From the NCBI GenBank assembly GCA_045628045.1, contig JAZQOV010000006.1, positions 150,006 through 214,005 on the forward strand: 64,000 bases of DNA. Reading direction: 5' to 3'. This document shows positions 51,969-62,000 of this stretch, in pieces (position 1 is the stretch's first letter; each line of letters begins with the position of its first letter). The notes under the pieces are model-generated. The model had not been told where the DNA came from. It searched no databases and saw nothing but the letters and a program-made list of their open reading frames with translations. Made by a program: the position numbers and the translations under genes. The DNA comes from Bacilli bacterium. Lineage in GTDB: Bacteria; Bacillota_I; Bacilli_A; RFN20; CAG-826.

Positions 51969-52353
51969 ACTAACTTATAATTTATCTTACCAATCATTTT
52001 AATAAAATTCAATTATTTGAAAGTATCATTTTCTGTCGCCAAATATAATAGTTATGTCCAGCTCATTAGCTTCGTATAAGGAATGAGGTATTTTATGAAG
52101 TGAAAATATCAAAGGGATACAAATACAAAAAAACAATTTAGAAAATTGTAGAAGATTTAACAAATCCAAATATCAAATCAGCAAATGAGACTGCTAGAAG
52201 TAGAGGCTTAGAAATTTCAAATTATATAAACATATTAAGCAATTCCGTACTTAAAAAGAAACATCCGAAATAAATAAACTTTCAAAGAAATACGTTTGTT
52301 CAATTAAAACCAAAACTTGTTCTAAATAGTTTTACATAATCAATCTTGCCAGA

Positions 52354-52471
52354 TTAAATCATACCATTTAAATGATTGACTTGTATTTCTTTTTCTTCAA
52401 GGCTCTTAACAATTGAGTCTTTATATCTACGATCTTCTTTTTTTATAACTTATAAATACTCTATGGCTCAT
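52354..52471 (-). pseudogene. Truncated, frameshifted 5' copy of thsB
   Basis: MSHRVFISYKK(+1 A)EDRRYKDSIVKSLEEKEIQVNHL versus MNHRVFISFKKEDCRYKDAIVKRLEEKEIQVNHL. Confidence 0.88.
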
Positions 52472-52482
52472 TTTGTGTCTAC

Positions 52483-53337
52483 TTAATCATAGATTGAAAC
52501 TTTATCTCTAGACTCTTCAAAGATGACGATAGATATAGATGCCCTCAAGGAACATTTTTTATTTAATGCTGCATTCTTTATATATTCAAATGAAGATAAA
52601 TCATCAATTCCAAAAAGAGCAATTTTTGTTCCCATTACAGGAATATAGACGTGTTTACCAGCACATTCATCAGTGATATCCATAAGTTTTTTCATTAAGA
52701 TAGTAAATTCCTCAACATCTTTTTTTATAACTTTATTATGTTCGTTAAATTCAGTTAGCGCGAATAACAAAAAGATACAATCGTTTGTTTCAATGAATAC
52801 ATAGCTTCCTAGAGGATAAACATCTTTCTTGCCTCTTTTATTGTCTAGCACTTTAATCGGAATCCAATGTTTGTTAGCAATAAATTTACTAATATCCCTA
52901 TCAAGTTTTTCTAATAATCTAGGTGTTGAGGCATATTGTCTTAACCATTGTCCATGAATCGAAGTCCCCTCAACAATTCTATCTACAATGCTTGGGCTAT
53001 CCTCCACTATAGTGTCAAACGAAGAATTAACAGGAATTACAACAACTGGTTTTGATTTTTCACGTTTGTCCTTTTTGATGTTCAAAACATTACCATACCT
53101 AGATTCAATAAAAACCGAGCCTCTGCCAGAGATTCTGTGGCGTTTCTTGAATCTTAAAACTAAATATATTGTAAGTAACACTATTATAAATGTTGCTACA
53201 AATATAATTAGCCCAATCCACCAAAAATTACTTGGAAGTAATATAAAAGACAAAAGTGCCCCAATAAAAGAAGAAATAGATAGAGACCAGTTTAGAGATT
53301 TGATTGCATTTTTCTTTTTCCACATATCTAAATTCAT
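52483..53337 (-). CDS. thsA: TM-macro domain effector (type II Thoeris ThsA / DUF6430-like)
   Basis: Two N-terminal TM helices, then YGNV, VVIPVNSSFDT, SIHGQW, YPLGS, FLLFALTEFN, IPVMGT; followed by a TIR remnant. Confidence 0.78.
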   Translation of the reverse strand: MNLDMWKKKNAIKSLNWSLSISSFIGALLSFILLPSNFWWIGLIIFVATFIIVLLTIYLVLRFKKRHRISGRGSVFIESRYGNVLNIKKDKREKSKPVVVIPVNSSFDTIVEDSPSIVDRIVEGTSIHGQWLRQYASTPRLLEKLDRDISKFIANKHWIPIKVLDNKRGKKDVYPLGSYVFIETNDCIFLLFALTEFNEHNKVIKKDVEEFTILMKKLMDITDECAGKHVYIPVMGTKIALFGIDDLSSFEYIKNAALNKKCSLRASISIVIFEESRDKVSIYD

Positions 53338-53440
53338 TATACATCATTTGTCCTTGTTTGTTATAAACAATGTTTTTTATATCCAAACAAGCAGTAGTTA
53401 ATATTTTCTTACAATAATTAGGAATTATGGAGACAAAACA

Positions 53441-54754
53441 ATGGGTATTTTTGATTTTGAAAAATCATTGGTCCACAATGATGAAACCATAGGCAATAGT
53501 GATTATTTTTCAGAGTTGCTACAACAACCAAGAAGCAGTCATAAGAGAAACTCAGCAAAAGATGTTACAGTTTCAAACATATTCTCTAAAAGACAATGTT
53601 GGTCATTTTCTTCTTTTAAAAACGTTTCTTTCATCAACACAAAATTAAGCAATTTTTCATTTCAAAGTTGTTATTTGGATGGATGTTGTTTCATTAATGA
53701 TAAGAAAAAGAAATGGCTTCATACTGTTTATTACACCAATTCTTTTATAAAGAACACAACTTTTAAAAAAATCGATTTTACAAATGTAGATTTTTCAAAT
53801 GCTATTTTCCAAAACTGCATTTTTTATTCAGTCTCTTTTAGATCATGCAATTTTATGCACTCAAAATTTATTAATTGTTCATTTAGATTTGTTTCAATGC
53901 GATATTCTAATTTTGAGTATTCTATGTTTATAAATCCTTCTGTAAGTTCATCCGTCTTATCGTTTAATCAATCACCGTACATTATTGGTGGCATTGAAAT
54001 GGTTAAAAATGGTAAATATATTAGACTCAATCAAAAAGGTGTCTTCATGAAAGCTAATGAATATGGCGATTATTTTCAAGACTTTATTAATTATTATTTA
54101 GAAAAAAACGAATTCTTCCCTCTTGTTAATCTTTATATGAATTTAAAAGAAGTCGAAAAAGCAAAAGAAGTTGCTTCAATGGGATTTAAAAAAGCAATCA
54201 TGTTAAATAATCATGAACTAGCTTTTTCGTTTGCCAGATTGATTAATTATTATGGATTTTTATCTTTTGATGAAAAAAATAGCCTTCTTGAATTTGCGAA
54301 TCAATCATTAGCACAGCAAGAAAATAACGATTATTTAAAAGAAAGATTCTTTTCAATTCAAAATATTGAAGAAGAATTGTTATATCGACCATCTCAAGGC
54401 AGCATGCTTGTTGCAGTTTTTAAAACTAATTTGTTCGAGGGTGATGAAAGACTAAATGATACATTAAAAGATATCGATGAATTTGGCGAGGGGTGTAGCG
54501 ATGAAAATGGATATCATGTTTTAAAAGTCTCGCACAACTCTCCGTTCGAAATAGTTTGTTTGATTGTAGAGTTTATTGGGAGTGTTGCTTCTATTTCAAG
54601 CGTTATCGATACGGTTATCAAAAAAATCAAGGAGCGGAAAGCTAAAAAAGATAGCCGCAACAACGAAGTTGATAATGTTGCTATTTCTGGGGCGATTGTC
54701 ACCATTACATATTCTGATGGCAAGGTAATAAGAATTGAAAAAAAGATAAACTAA
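53441..54754 (+). CDS. Pentapeptide-repeat protein with helical middle and unknown C-terminal domains
   Basis: FKNVSFINTKLSNFSFQSC...FTNVDFSNAIFQNCIFYSVSFRSCNF repeats; GGAG RBS. Confidence 0.82.
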   Translation: MGIFDFEKSLVHNDETIGNSDYFSELLQQPRSSHKRNSAKDVTVSNIFSKRQCWSFSSFKNVSFINTKLSNFSFQSCYLDGCCFINDKKKKWLHTVYYTNSFIKNTTFKKIDFTNVDFSNAIFQNCIFYSVSFRSCNFMHSKFINCSFRFVSMRYSNFEYSMFINPSVSSSVLSFNQSPYIIGGIEMVKNGKYIRLNQKGVFMKANEYGDYFQDFINYYLEKNEFFPLVNLYMNLKEVEKAKEVASMGFKKAIMLNNHELAFSFARLINYYGFLSFDEKNSLLEFANQSLAQQENNDYLKERFFSIQNIEEELLYRPSQGSMLVAVFKTNLFEGDERLNDTLKDIDEFGEGCSDENGYHVLKVSHNSPFEIVCLIVEFIGSVASISSVIDTVIKKIKERKAKKDSRNNEVDNVAISGAIVTITYSDGKVIRIEKKIN

Positions 54755-55890
54755 TATCTTTTATAAATAAGTTTTAATAAGTACGTCTTGTTATCATATT
54801 CTTCGTATTGTTCTACAGCATCTGTCTTTATCTTATAAAGATAGCCATTACTAATTCTTTTAACATTAAAGAAATCCTCGTTCGTTAATATAATCGAAGA
54901 ATAATTAATAACTAATGTTTCACATTTTTTAATTGTTTCTAAATCGAAGAATTCTTTTGAAAACCAGGAAAAATAATTCAGCTCTTGCAAAGAAGGTAAA
55001 CCGTTATCCTTTAACGACATGTTGATTAAAAAGGAAGATGCTTGAAAGCGAGCGTTTATTTCGATTGCATATAATGTGTTTTTTCGATCACACATAAAAT
55101 CGACACCACATATGCCTCTATATCCAAACAATTGCATCTTATGGGCAATTTCTTTAGCCGCAAAATAAGATGACTTAAGAATTTCGTTACCAAGTATTTC
55201 GTTAGCATTGATAAAGTCTGCACCTTGATATGATTGCCTTTTTAGGTCGATTATTTGTATGGATGGTTGGAATATTATTACATCTTTTTCACTTATCAAA
55301 ATATGTCTATTAAAGCTAATTGTGTTTTCAATAAATTCAGAAACAAGGTAAGTGGTTTCGGGTTTTGTTTCTAGTAATAACTCATCCTTTCTTAACAAAA
55401 GAGTATTGTCACATCCTGCGCCATAAGGCTGTTGCAGAACGAACAATTCAGTATCCTTAAAATATGACGAAAGAGCTTTGTCATTTATTTGAGAACCTTT
55501 CAAAACAACATATTTCGGAAAGTGAAAAGAAGACAAATTGAATAGTTTTCGAAATTCGATTTTATTATTAAATAAATCAACAACTTTTTTATCGTTTACA
55601 ACAAGAAAATTATTTTTAATAATTTCAGCATCAAAAGAATATGCTCGGCATTGATTATAAAACATGAATTTTGTATTGTGATTCAAAAACAATATGTTTT
55701 TGATTTGTTTTTCTATAAATTCGCTTTGGGCAGCATTTGACGCTAAATTTGGAGTTCTTATCTGCTTGAATGAAATATGGTTCGAATCATTGCCCCCATA
55801 TAAAGAAATTGTTTTGCTAAAAAAGTCTCCACAATCATCGACATCAGATTGTTTGTTTCCAACCCAAATAAAACAATTATTGTTAAACAT
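54751..55890 (-). CDS. ATP-grasp domain protein
   Basis: NNKIEFR, FVLQQPYGAG, YLVSEFI, GYRGICGVDF, IEINARFQAS. Confidence 0.82.
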   Translation of the reverse strand: MFNNNCFIWVGNKQSDVDDCGDFFSKTISLYGGNDSNHISFKQIRTPNLASNAAQSEFIEKQIKNILFLNHNTKFMFYNQCRAYSFDAEIIKNNFLVVNDKKVVDLFNNKIEFRKLFNLSSFHFPKYVVLKGSQINDKALSSYFKDTELFVLQQPYGAGCDNTLLLRKDELLLETKPETTYLVSEFIENTISFNRHILISEKDVIIFQPSIQIIDLKRQSYQGADFINANEILGNEILKSSYFAAKEIAHKMQLFGYRGICGVDFMCDRKNTLYAIEINARFQASSFLINMSLKDNGLPSLQELNYFSWFSKEFFDLETIKKCETLVINYSSIILTNEDFFNVKRISNGYLYKIKTDAVEQYEEYDNKTYLLKLIYKRY

Positions 55891-55964
55891 AATTCCTAAT
55901 TACTGTAAGAAAATTTTAGCAAATTAATGTTATATTTACAAATAAAACAAAGGAGCAAACTGCA

Positions 55965-56870
55965 ATGAAAATAAAAGAGTTACTAGAAAATTACTTATGT
56001 TATTTAGAATCATCCTCTAATAAAAGCAAAGAGACAATAAGTGCATATAAATATGATGTGTCAGCGTTTATTACATTTTTAAAAGATGGTCAATTATGCA
56101 AAAAATCGATTGTATATTATTTTCAATCATTAATTAAAAACGAGTATGCGACATCGTCGATAAAAAGAAAAAGAATCTCAGTTTCATTATTTTTGGATTA
56201 TGCAAAGCAAAAGAAGAGAATCAGAACAAACTTTATTAAAGACATTAGTTTAAATTTAAAGGATGAAAAAAGAATGCCAAGAACAATACCAGTACCAATC
56301 ATTAAAAGGATGCTTAATTATTTGAATGATGAAAGAAACAATTTGGGGTCTGAATATGATTGTTTCAAAACTAATCGCGATTTAGCGTTATTTGATTTAC
56401 TAATTACTACAGGAATTCGCATTGGTGAGGCAAGCGCTATTAAGATTAGCGATATCGACTCTATCAATAGAACAATTCTTATTCATGGCAAAGGAAAGAA
56501 AGAACGAATTGTTTATATTCCAAACAATGGCTGTTGGGCTAATATTCAAAACTATCAAAGAATAAGAGGGCAGATTGCGTGTTCAAACGATTATCTTTTC
56601 TTAAACAAATACAAAGAAGGACTAGGAACGCATTCAATAGATTTGTTATTTAAGAAAATGATGAAAGAATTACATATATCTTCTATATTCACACCTCATT
56701 GTTTAAGACATACTTTTGCAACAAATCTTTTATCTAATGGAGGAGATTTAAGAACAGTTCAAGAATTGATGGGCCATTCTTCAATATCCACTACTGAAAT
56801 ATACACACATGTCGACTTTAAACGAAAGAAATTTGTACTCGATAATTTTAATTATAGAAATAAAATTTAG
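55965..56870 (+). CDS. XerC/D-like tyrosine recombinase
   Basis: SAM-like N-domain; TGIRIGE, GKGKKER, HCLRH, MGHSS, TEIYT (all catalytic residues present). Confidence 0.93.
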   Translation: MKIKELLENYLCYLESSSNKSKETISAYKYDVSAFITFLKDGQLCKKSIVYYFQSLIKNEYATSSIKRKRISVSLFLDYAKQKKRIRTNFIKDISLNLKDEKRMPRTIPVPIIKRMLNYLNDERNNLGSEYDCFKTNRDLALFDLLITTGIRIGEASAIKISDIDSINRTILIHGKGKKERIVYIPNNGCWANIQNYQRIRGQIACSNDYLFLNKYKEGLGTHSIDLLFKKMMKELHISSIFTPHCLRHTFATNLLSNGGDLRTVQELMGHSSISTTEIYTHVDFKRKKFVLDNFNYRNKI

Positions 56871-57216
56871 TTACTAAATCTAGTCTTGCATAACAACCAT
56901 TCGTATTGATTGCGGGTATGCGCTTTGGTTTATGTCCCGCCATTTTACATTGTTGGTTAACAATGAACAATCTCATATCAAATGAAGAAAATATAACAAT
57001 AGTAACCTTATATATGATTATGGAATATAAACAACAGTTTAATAATGATAAAATATACATTGATTTGTTTTGTTTTTCTTTGATAGTATTAAAGCACTAT
57101 TTTAAATCATAGAAATAACCAACAATATACCAAAACATTGAATACTATTTTAGTTTTTAAAAAATTGAGGAGGCTAAAAGGTAAAAAACAAAAAAATGAG
57201 GAATTGAAGGAAAAGA

Positions 57217-57621
57217 TTGATGTTTTACAGACAAAATTTAAAAAATATAAAGATGTTTGATAATGAATTTTATCGCGAGGTCAATAAAGCCTATAAGAAA
57301 AAGCTCAAACCTTTATATCTTAGAAAAGTAGCTCTAGAAAACATGATCTCCACTGCTACAAACATTTCTGATTATCTTTATCAATTTAAGAAGACCTTAA
57401 TGCCTAATAACCGCATTATCTCTTCACTATCTGAATTTCCGTTAAGCAAGGTGTTTAGTAGGGTAATTATACATGATAGAGAACACATTACTTTTGTATT
57501 AGGAAATGCTGGTGATATTTCTCTTATTCAGAATATGGATGACGATATACTTCTCGAGGAAGAAACATACTACATTAGAAAGAAGAAATTCGTTCTCCAC
57601 TACGGCATTTACATAAATTAA
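57217..57621 (+). pseudogene. Probable C-terminal remnant of a large serine recombinase
   Basis: Coiled coil then FSRVIIHDREHITFVL, typical of LSR C-termini; no catalytic domain or good start. Confidence 0.4.
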
Positions 57622-57688
57622 AAAAATAAATTGTATAATATATCAGTCGAGAGTAAAGACATTAAACCTCTAAATGGAGACTAGAACA

Positions 57689-57784
57689 ATGACAGAATTT
57701 ATTGTTGCCGTGTTGGCCTCCATCGTAGCAAACATAATTTGATGAGCAATCATTAAATTGTTACGATGGCTGAAGCGCAAGTAG
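57689..57784 (+). pseudogene. Type I toxin-like small hydrophobic ORF with two in-frame TGA codons
   Basis: MTEFIVAVLASIVANII**AIIKLLRWLKRK*; GGAG RBS inside a CTCT/GGAG hairpin; TATAAT at 57634. Confidence 0.55.
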
Positions 57785-57905
57785 AAGCCCACGGCAGTGC
57801 ACCGACACTATAATCCGGTTTTTCTTTTATTTGCATATTCTCATACCCTAGTGTGTTTTGACATTTAAGGACATTTATAAAAAAATTCGATATATTCGAA
57901 CTTTT

Positions 57906-58802
57906 CTAATATTTAATGTGAAAATAATCCAAATAAGTCTTAACAATATCTTGCCCATGCAAACAAGTATCAATTAAATAACCTTTTTCGTATTTCCATT
58001 CTTTAAGACCGCGATAATAAAACTCTTTAAATTCATCCAAAATTATTATTGGGACAAAGTTGTTTCTCAGGCATTCTTTAAACATTAACAATCTTCCGAC
58101 TCTTCCATTGCCATCTTGAAATGGATGAATTTCTTCAAATTTTTTGTGAAATTCAATAATATCTTCGATGCCAATATTTATTTTGGAATTATATTCAGAT
58201 AATAGTTTTACTATTTCTTGTTTTACATTTTTAGGCTCGGTAGTGCTTTGACCTCCAACTTCATTAGGTAAAGCTTTGTAATCTCCAACTTTAAACCAAG
58301 GTTTTAAAGCATCGCTTGTTCCTGATTTTAAAACGAAATGTAATTGTTTAATGAAAGATTCAGATAATTTATAATTTGCTGCATCAATAACTAAATCAAT
58401 GCACCTAAAATGATTGACGGTTTCTATAATATCATCCACTTTAACGTCAGTATCTGATATTCCAATCGTATTAGTTTCATAAATATGCCTTGTTTGATCA
58501 TGGGTTAATTTGCTCCCTTCAATATGATTGGAGTTATAAGTCATTTCAATTTGTATTTTATGATAAATGCCACCTTTTAATGAACTTTGTTTTTCTTCTT
58601 TTAAAACTTCAGATAGTTTCATCACTCTATTCGAAAAGCGAACTTGCCTTTTAGGTTTTTGAGCTTCTTGAGGTATTAACCAAGTTTTTCCATTCAAAAT
58701 TGCACCTGGAACTTTTCCATGATTGCAGTAATTTCTTACGCTTCTGTCAGATAAACTCCAAATTTTAGCAATTTCAGAAGATGTTAAATATTTATTTTTC
58801 AT
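57906..58802 (-). CDS. HTH-Fic family protein
   Basis: N-terminal HTH (EIAKIW.LS.RSVRNYC), YNSNHIEG, HPFQDGNGRVGR; start MKNKY. Confidence 0.92.
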   Translation of the reverse strand: MKNKYLTSSEIAKIWSLSDRSVRNYCNHGKVPGAILNGKTWLIPQEAQKPKRQVRFSNRVMKLSEVLKEEKQSSLKGGIYHKIQIEMTYNSNHIEGSKLTHDQTRHIYETNTIGISDTDVKVDDIIETVNHFRCIDLVIDAANYKLSESFIKQLHFVLKSGTSDALKPWFKVGDYKALPNEVGGQSTTEPKNVKQEIVKLLSEYNSKINIGIEDIIEFHKKFEEIHPFQDGNGRVGRLLMFKECLRNNFVPIIILDEFKEFYYRGLKEWKYEKGYLIDTCLHGQDIVKTYLDYFHIKY

Positions 58803-58808
58803 GCCAAA

Positions 58809-58876
58809 ATTATACAATGTATCGGCAAATTATACAAGTATTTTCAAGTTAAATTTTCTACGATATTTTGCCGATA
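58809..58876 (-). promoter_or_regulatory. Leaderless sigmaA promoter of the Fic gene with an inverted-repeat operator
   Basis: TTGTAT-17-TATAAT-6-ATG; tatcggcaaa (58820-58829) / tttgccgata (58867-58876). Confidence 0.55.
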
Positions 58877-58952
58877 AATCTTCTATTTAAATATCTGTGT
58901 AATGGCAATGTCGTTATACATCAACATTTAATTATTCTATTTCTTTAACAAT

Positions 58953-58982
58953 AAAAAAGGCAGGAGCATTACGTTCCTGCCT
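58953..58982 (-). terminator. Terminator of the large surface protein gene
   Basis: aaaaaaggcaggagc-atta-cgttcctgcct. Confidence 0.75.
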
Positions 58983-59021
58983 GTATACGTATCATATACG
59001 AATTACTAGATATCTAAGTGA

Positions 59022-62000
59022 TTAGATTTCTTTACGTTTTCTGTAGAAGAAGTAACCACCTATAGCGGTTAATCCCACAAGTGAGACCACTGCAATGATC
59101 CATGTAGAATCAGTGATATTCTCTAATGAGATAATTGGATTAATTCTTGAACCCGATGAAGCAACGCTTCTACCAAGATAGTTATAATCAGTCTCTGTTG
59201 CGTAATTGCTAACAACACGATCATATTTCTGTAAGAATTCAATAACCATGTCTGAGGATTGCTTTTCGCCACTTGCGACATAAACACCATCAGGGCCGTA
59301 AGCACCTTCACCACAGATAGCAGATTTTAATAGGTTATAGCTATTTGTATCTGCTAAAAGTGCTTCGTATTCATCACTCTCAAGAACTGAACGCCATGTG
59401 GTTAAATCTGGTTTTAAATTATTACCTTCAGAGCCACATACACTAGCATATGTTTCATTTGCTAAAGCAATAAAGTTATAAATTGTTGCTGTCATAGCGT
59501 TATTTGAATATGTCGTGTTGTATGTGCCTTGACCTGGTGTAGTTTTTGAAATATACACAATGAATGGATCATATGAACTGGTTGTTTTATAGCAACGCAA
59601 ATAGTTACCATTTGCATATAATCTTCTCTCATCACCGCTGCCATCAACATACACTAATTCACCATCTTCATCTACTGTGAAAACAGCACCTTTTCCGCTA
59701 TCTGCACTGATTGTAAATTTATTGCTTGAAAGGCTCGAAATTTCTTTTTTTGAAGTTGGATCACACAATCTAAATGTTCCTTCACTTGAATCAACAATGA
59801 TTACATCGAACTTAATACATGAATTCAAATTATCAACAACAGTGGCATCGGAACTGCTGTAACCGCTGACGTATCCTTTATCAGCATTATAGATATAAAC
59901 TTTTTCAGCAGCATCTAATTGACCGGCACCAGTAAGTTTGCTCCATGAAGTTGTTGGTGTCCCTGGTGTGTATGATGTACTTGATGTAACAAGGTTTTCA
60001 CCTGTTGGCATTCCGACACTTATTGTTACGGAAGCAGTTGCTTCAGCATTTTCTGCTGAAGTAATAGTTAATTGATATGAAGCAACTCTATTGAATGATC
60101 CTTCTGGTAATCCAGAAACTGTAAATTCAGAACTCAATAATGTACCATTGGCACCAGAATCTCTTACGTATGTAACGGTTAAGTCATCTTTGCTAAATGT
60201 TTGACCTTGTCCAGCAGTGTATGTAACACCAGATTTTAATGCTGCCGAAATGGATTTAATGTTATCATTAACAGCTAATACTTCAATATCAACTGATAAT
60301 GTTTCACCCTTTCCTGTAACTGCGCTAAATGTAAGTGTATCTAAAACTTCGTCTGTGAAATAAATTGTTCCAACAAAGCCTGTGTTATCTTCGGTTTCTG
60401 ATTCGATAACAAAGTCACCTTGTGGAAGAGTCCATGTAGCAGATTCAACGTTATTTAATTGAATATTAATATCATAAGAGAATGATGAGCCAACATAAGC
60501 AACAATTTCATTATTGGAAATTAATTGAATTCCTTCAGCTGCACTAATATTGACTGTTAATGTAGCGCTAGCGCTACCAGCCTTAAATGAAACTGTGATT
60601 TGTTCGTTTGTTTTTGTTGAAGAATTGACACTTAACTTTCCATTTGCGAATGTAACAACGTTTTGATCGCCTTGAACGAATTCAGCTGTCTCATCACCAT
60701 CACATCCTAATGTTAAATCAACTTCATTTGTTACACCTGAAGCTAATGTATATGCGCCATTTGAACCTTCGATACCATCACCAGCGATTGTTACGCTTGT
60801 TGATACCTTTGGAGTAACTGTAACACTATAAATTGTGTTCTTAGTAACTCCATTTTCTGTATATGAAACTGAAACATCGTATGTATCAGCAACATTCATT
60901 TGAGCAGATGTTAATGGAGTCACAGTAAATCCTGATGAAAGTTCACGATCTGGGAACTTTGTTTTATCAGTATTACTGTAGTAAGCTTTAATCTTAAGAC
61001 CTGTTGAGTTGAATGATGTACCACGTGTAAATGAGCGTGTTCCAGTACCTTCAACGACTTCAATATGATCTAAGTGTGCTGATTCAGCAGCATTAACAAT
61101 GACTTTCGTTGTAAAAGTACCATAATTGATGGTAATTTCATTGCTTCCTGCAGAATACTTTTCATTAACTATACTGTAATCTGTGATTGGCGAAGAAGTA
61201 CCTGTATTATATAATACAGAAACGTTGAAATGAGATTTGGAAACAGTATCGCCTTCATTTACAGAAAGATTTGCAACAGGTGAAGCATTTAATTTTATAG
61301 CTGTTGGTTGTTCACCTTGTGTTTGGCATCTCTTGTATATGTCAACAAACCCATAACCCGAGGTATCGTCTTTTGGGGTTTGACTTGCATAACAAGCAAA
61401 TCTTGGAGAACCATAGTTCCAAAGCATTATTCTTGATGTATCATTTGCATTTTTAATACAAGTGTGTCCAGAATATGTTGACCAGTCTATATACCATGAT
61501 GTATTTTTAGCAACGTCTGTTCCTGCCATATCCAATGAGTTGCCGGAATTCCATCTTAAATAATTGGTACCATTTTTAAAACTAAATGAACCGGTTTCAG
61601 ACCCAGCAATAACATCAAATTTTAATCCGTTTGTAACATCTAAATGACTCTGGGAGTCTAATTCGACATCAATTGCAACACCATATTTTGTACTAGTTGT
61701 AGAAATTGACGTCATAAGTTTTTTAACATAAGGAGCATAGAAAACAACAGTATCACCAACACTGATGCTGTCTGCAAATGCATAATAATCTGCACCAGGT
61801 TGCAATGTCTTCTTATTAACTGTAATAGTATATGTTCCAGTTACACTACCATTTGTTTTTAAACTTGCTGTGACTGTTTGTGTTCCCTCTGTGTATGGAT
61901 CATATCCCTCAAAATTAACTTCTGAAGAGGTGACGGTTTTGGTTGTTTTATTATCATTATAATAACCAGTTATAGTTCCAGCAAAACTAAATTGATCACC

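Larger units (their letters stand above)
45700..58900. mobile_element. tRNA-Ser-associated accessory/defence island (boundaries approximate)
   Basis: Housekeeping genes stop abruptly after the tRNA; tyrosine recombinase, recombinase remnant, Thoeris-like genes, several pseudogenes; no duplicated tRNA 3' end found. Confidence 0.75.

Noticed and set aside
52095-52273. Possible IS-type HTH or small-gene remnant
   Set aside because: Interrupted by stops, no terminal inverted repeats seen, and the similarity is too weak to call.
56848-57112. Two short ORFs downstream of the recombinase
   Set aside because: No RBS or recognisable motifs; the region looks like non-coding recombination-site and AT-rich spacer DNA.
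45690-58950. Duplicated tRNA-Ser 3' end (attR) at the right island boundary
   Set aside because: No CCTCCGCCA-like copy found by eye; TGTCAAGACAC (about 45707) versus TGTCAAAACAC (minus strand, about 57853-57863) is too short to trust.
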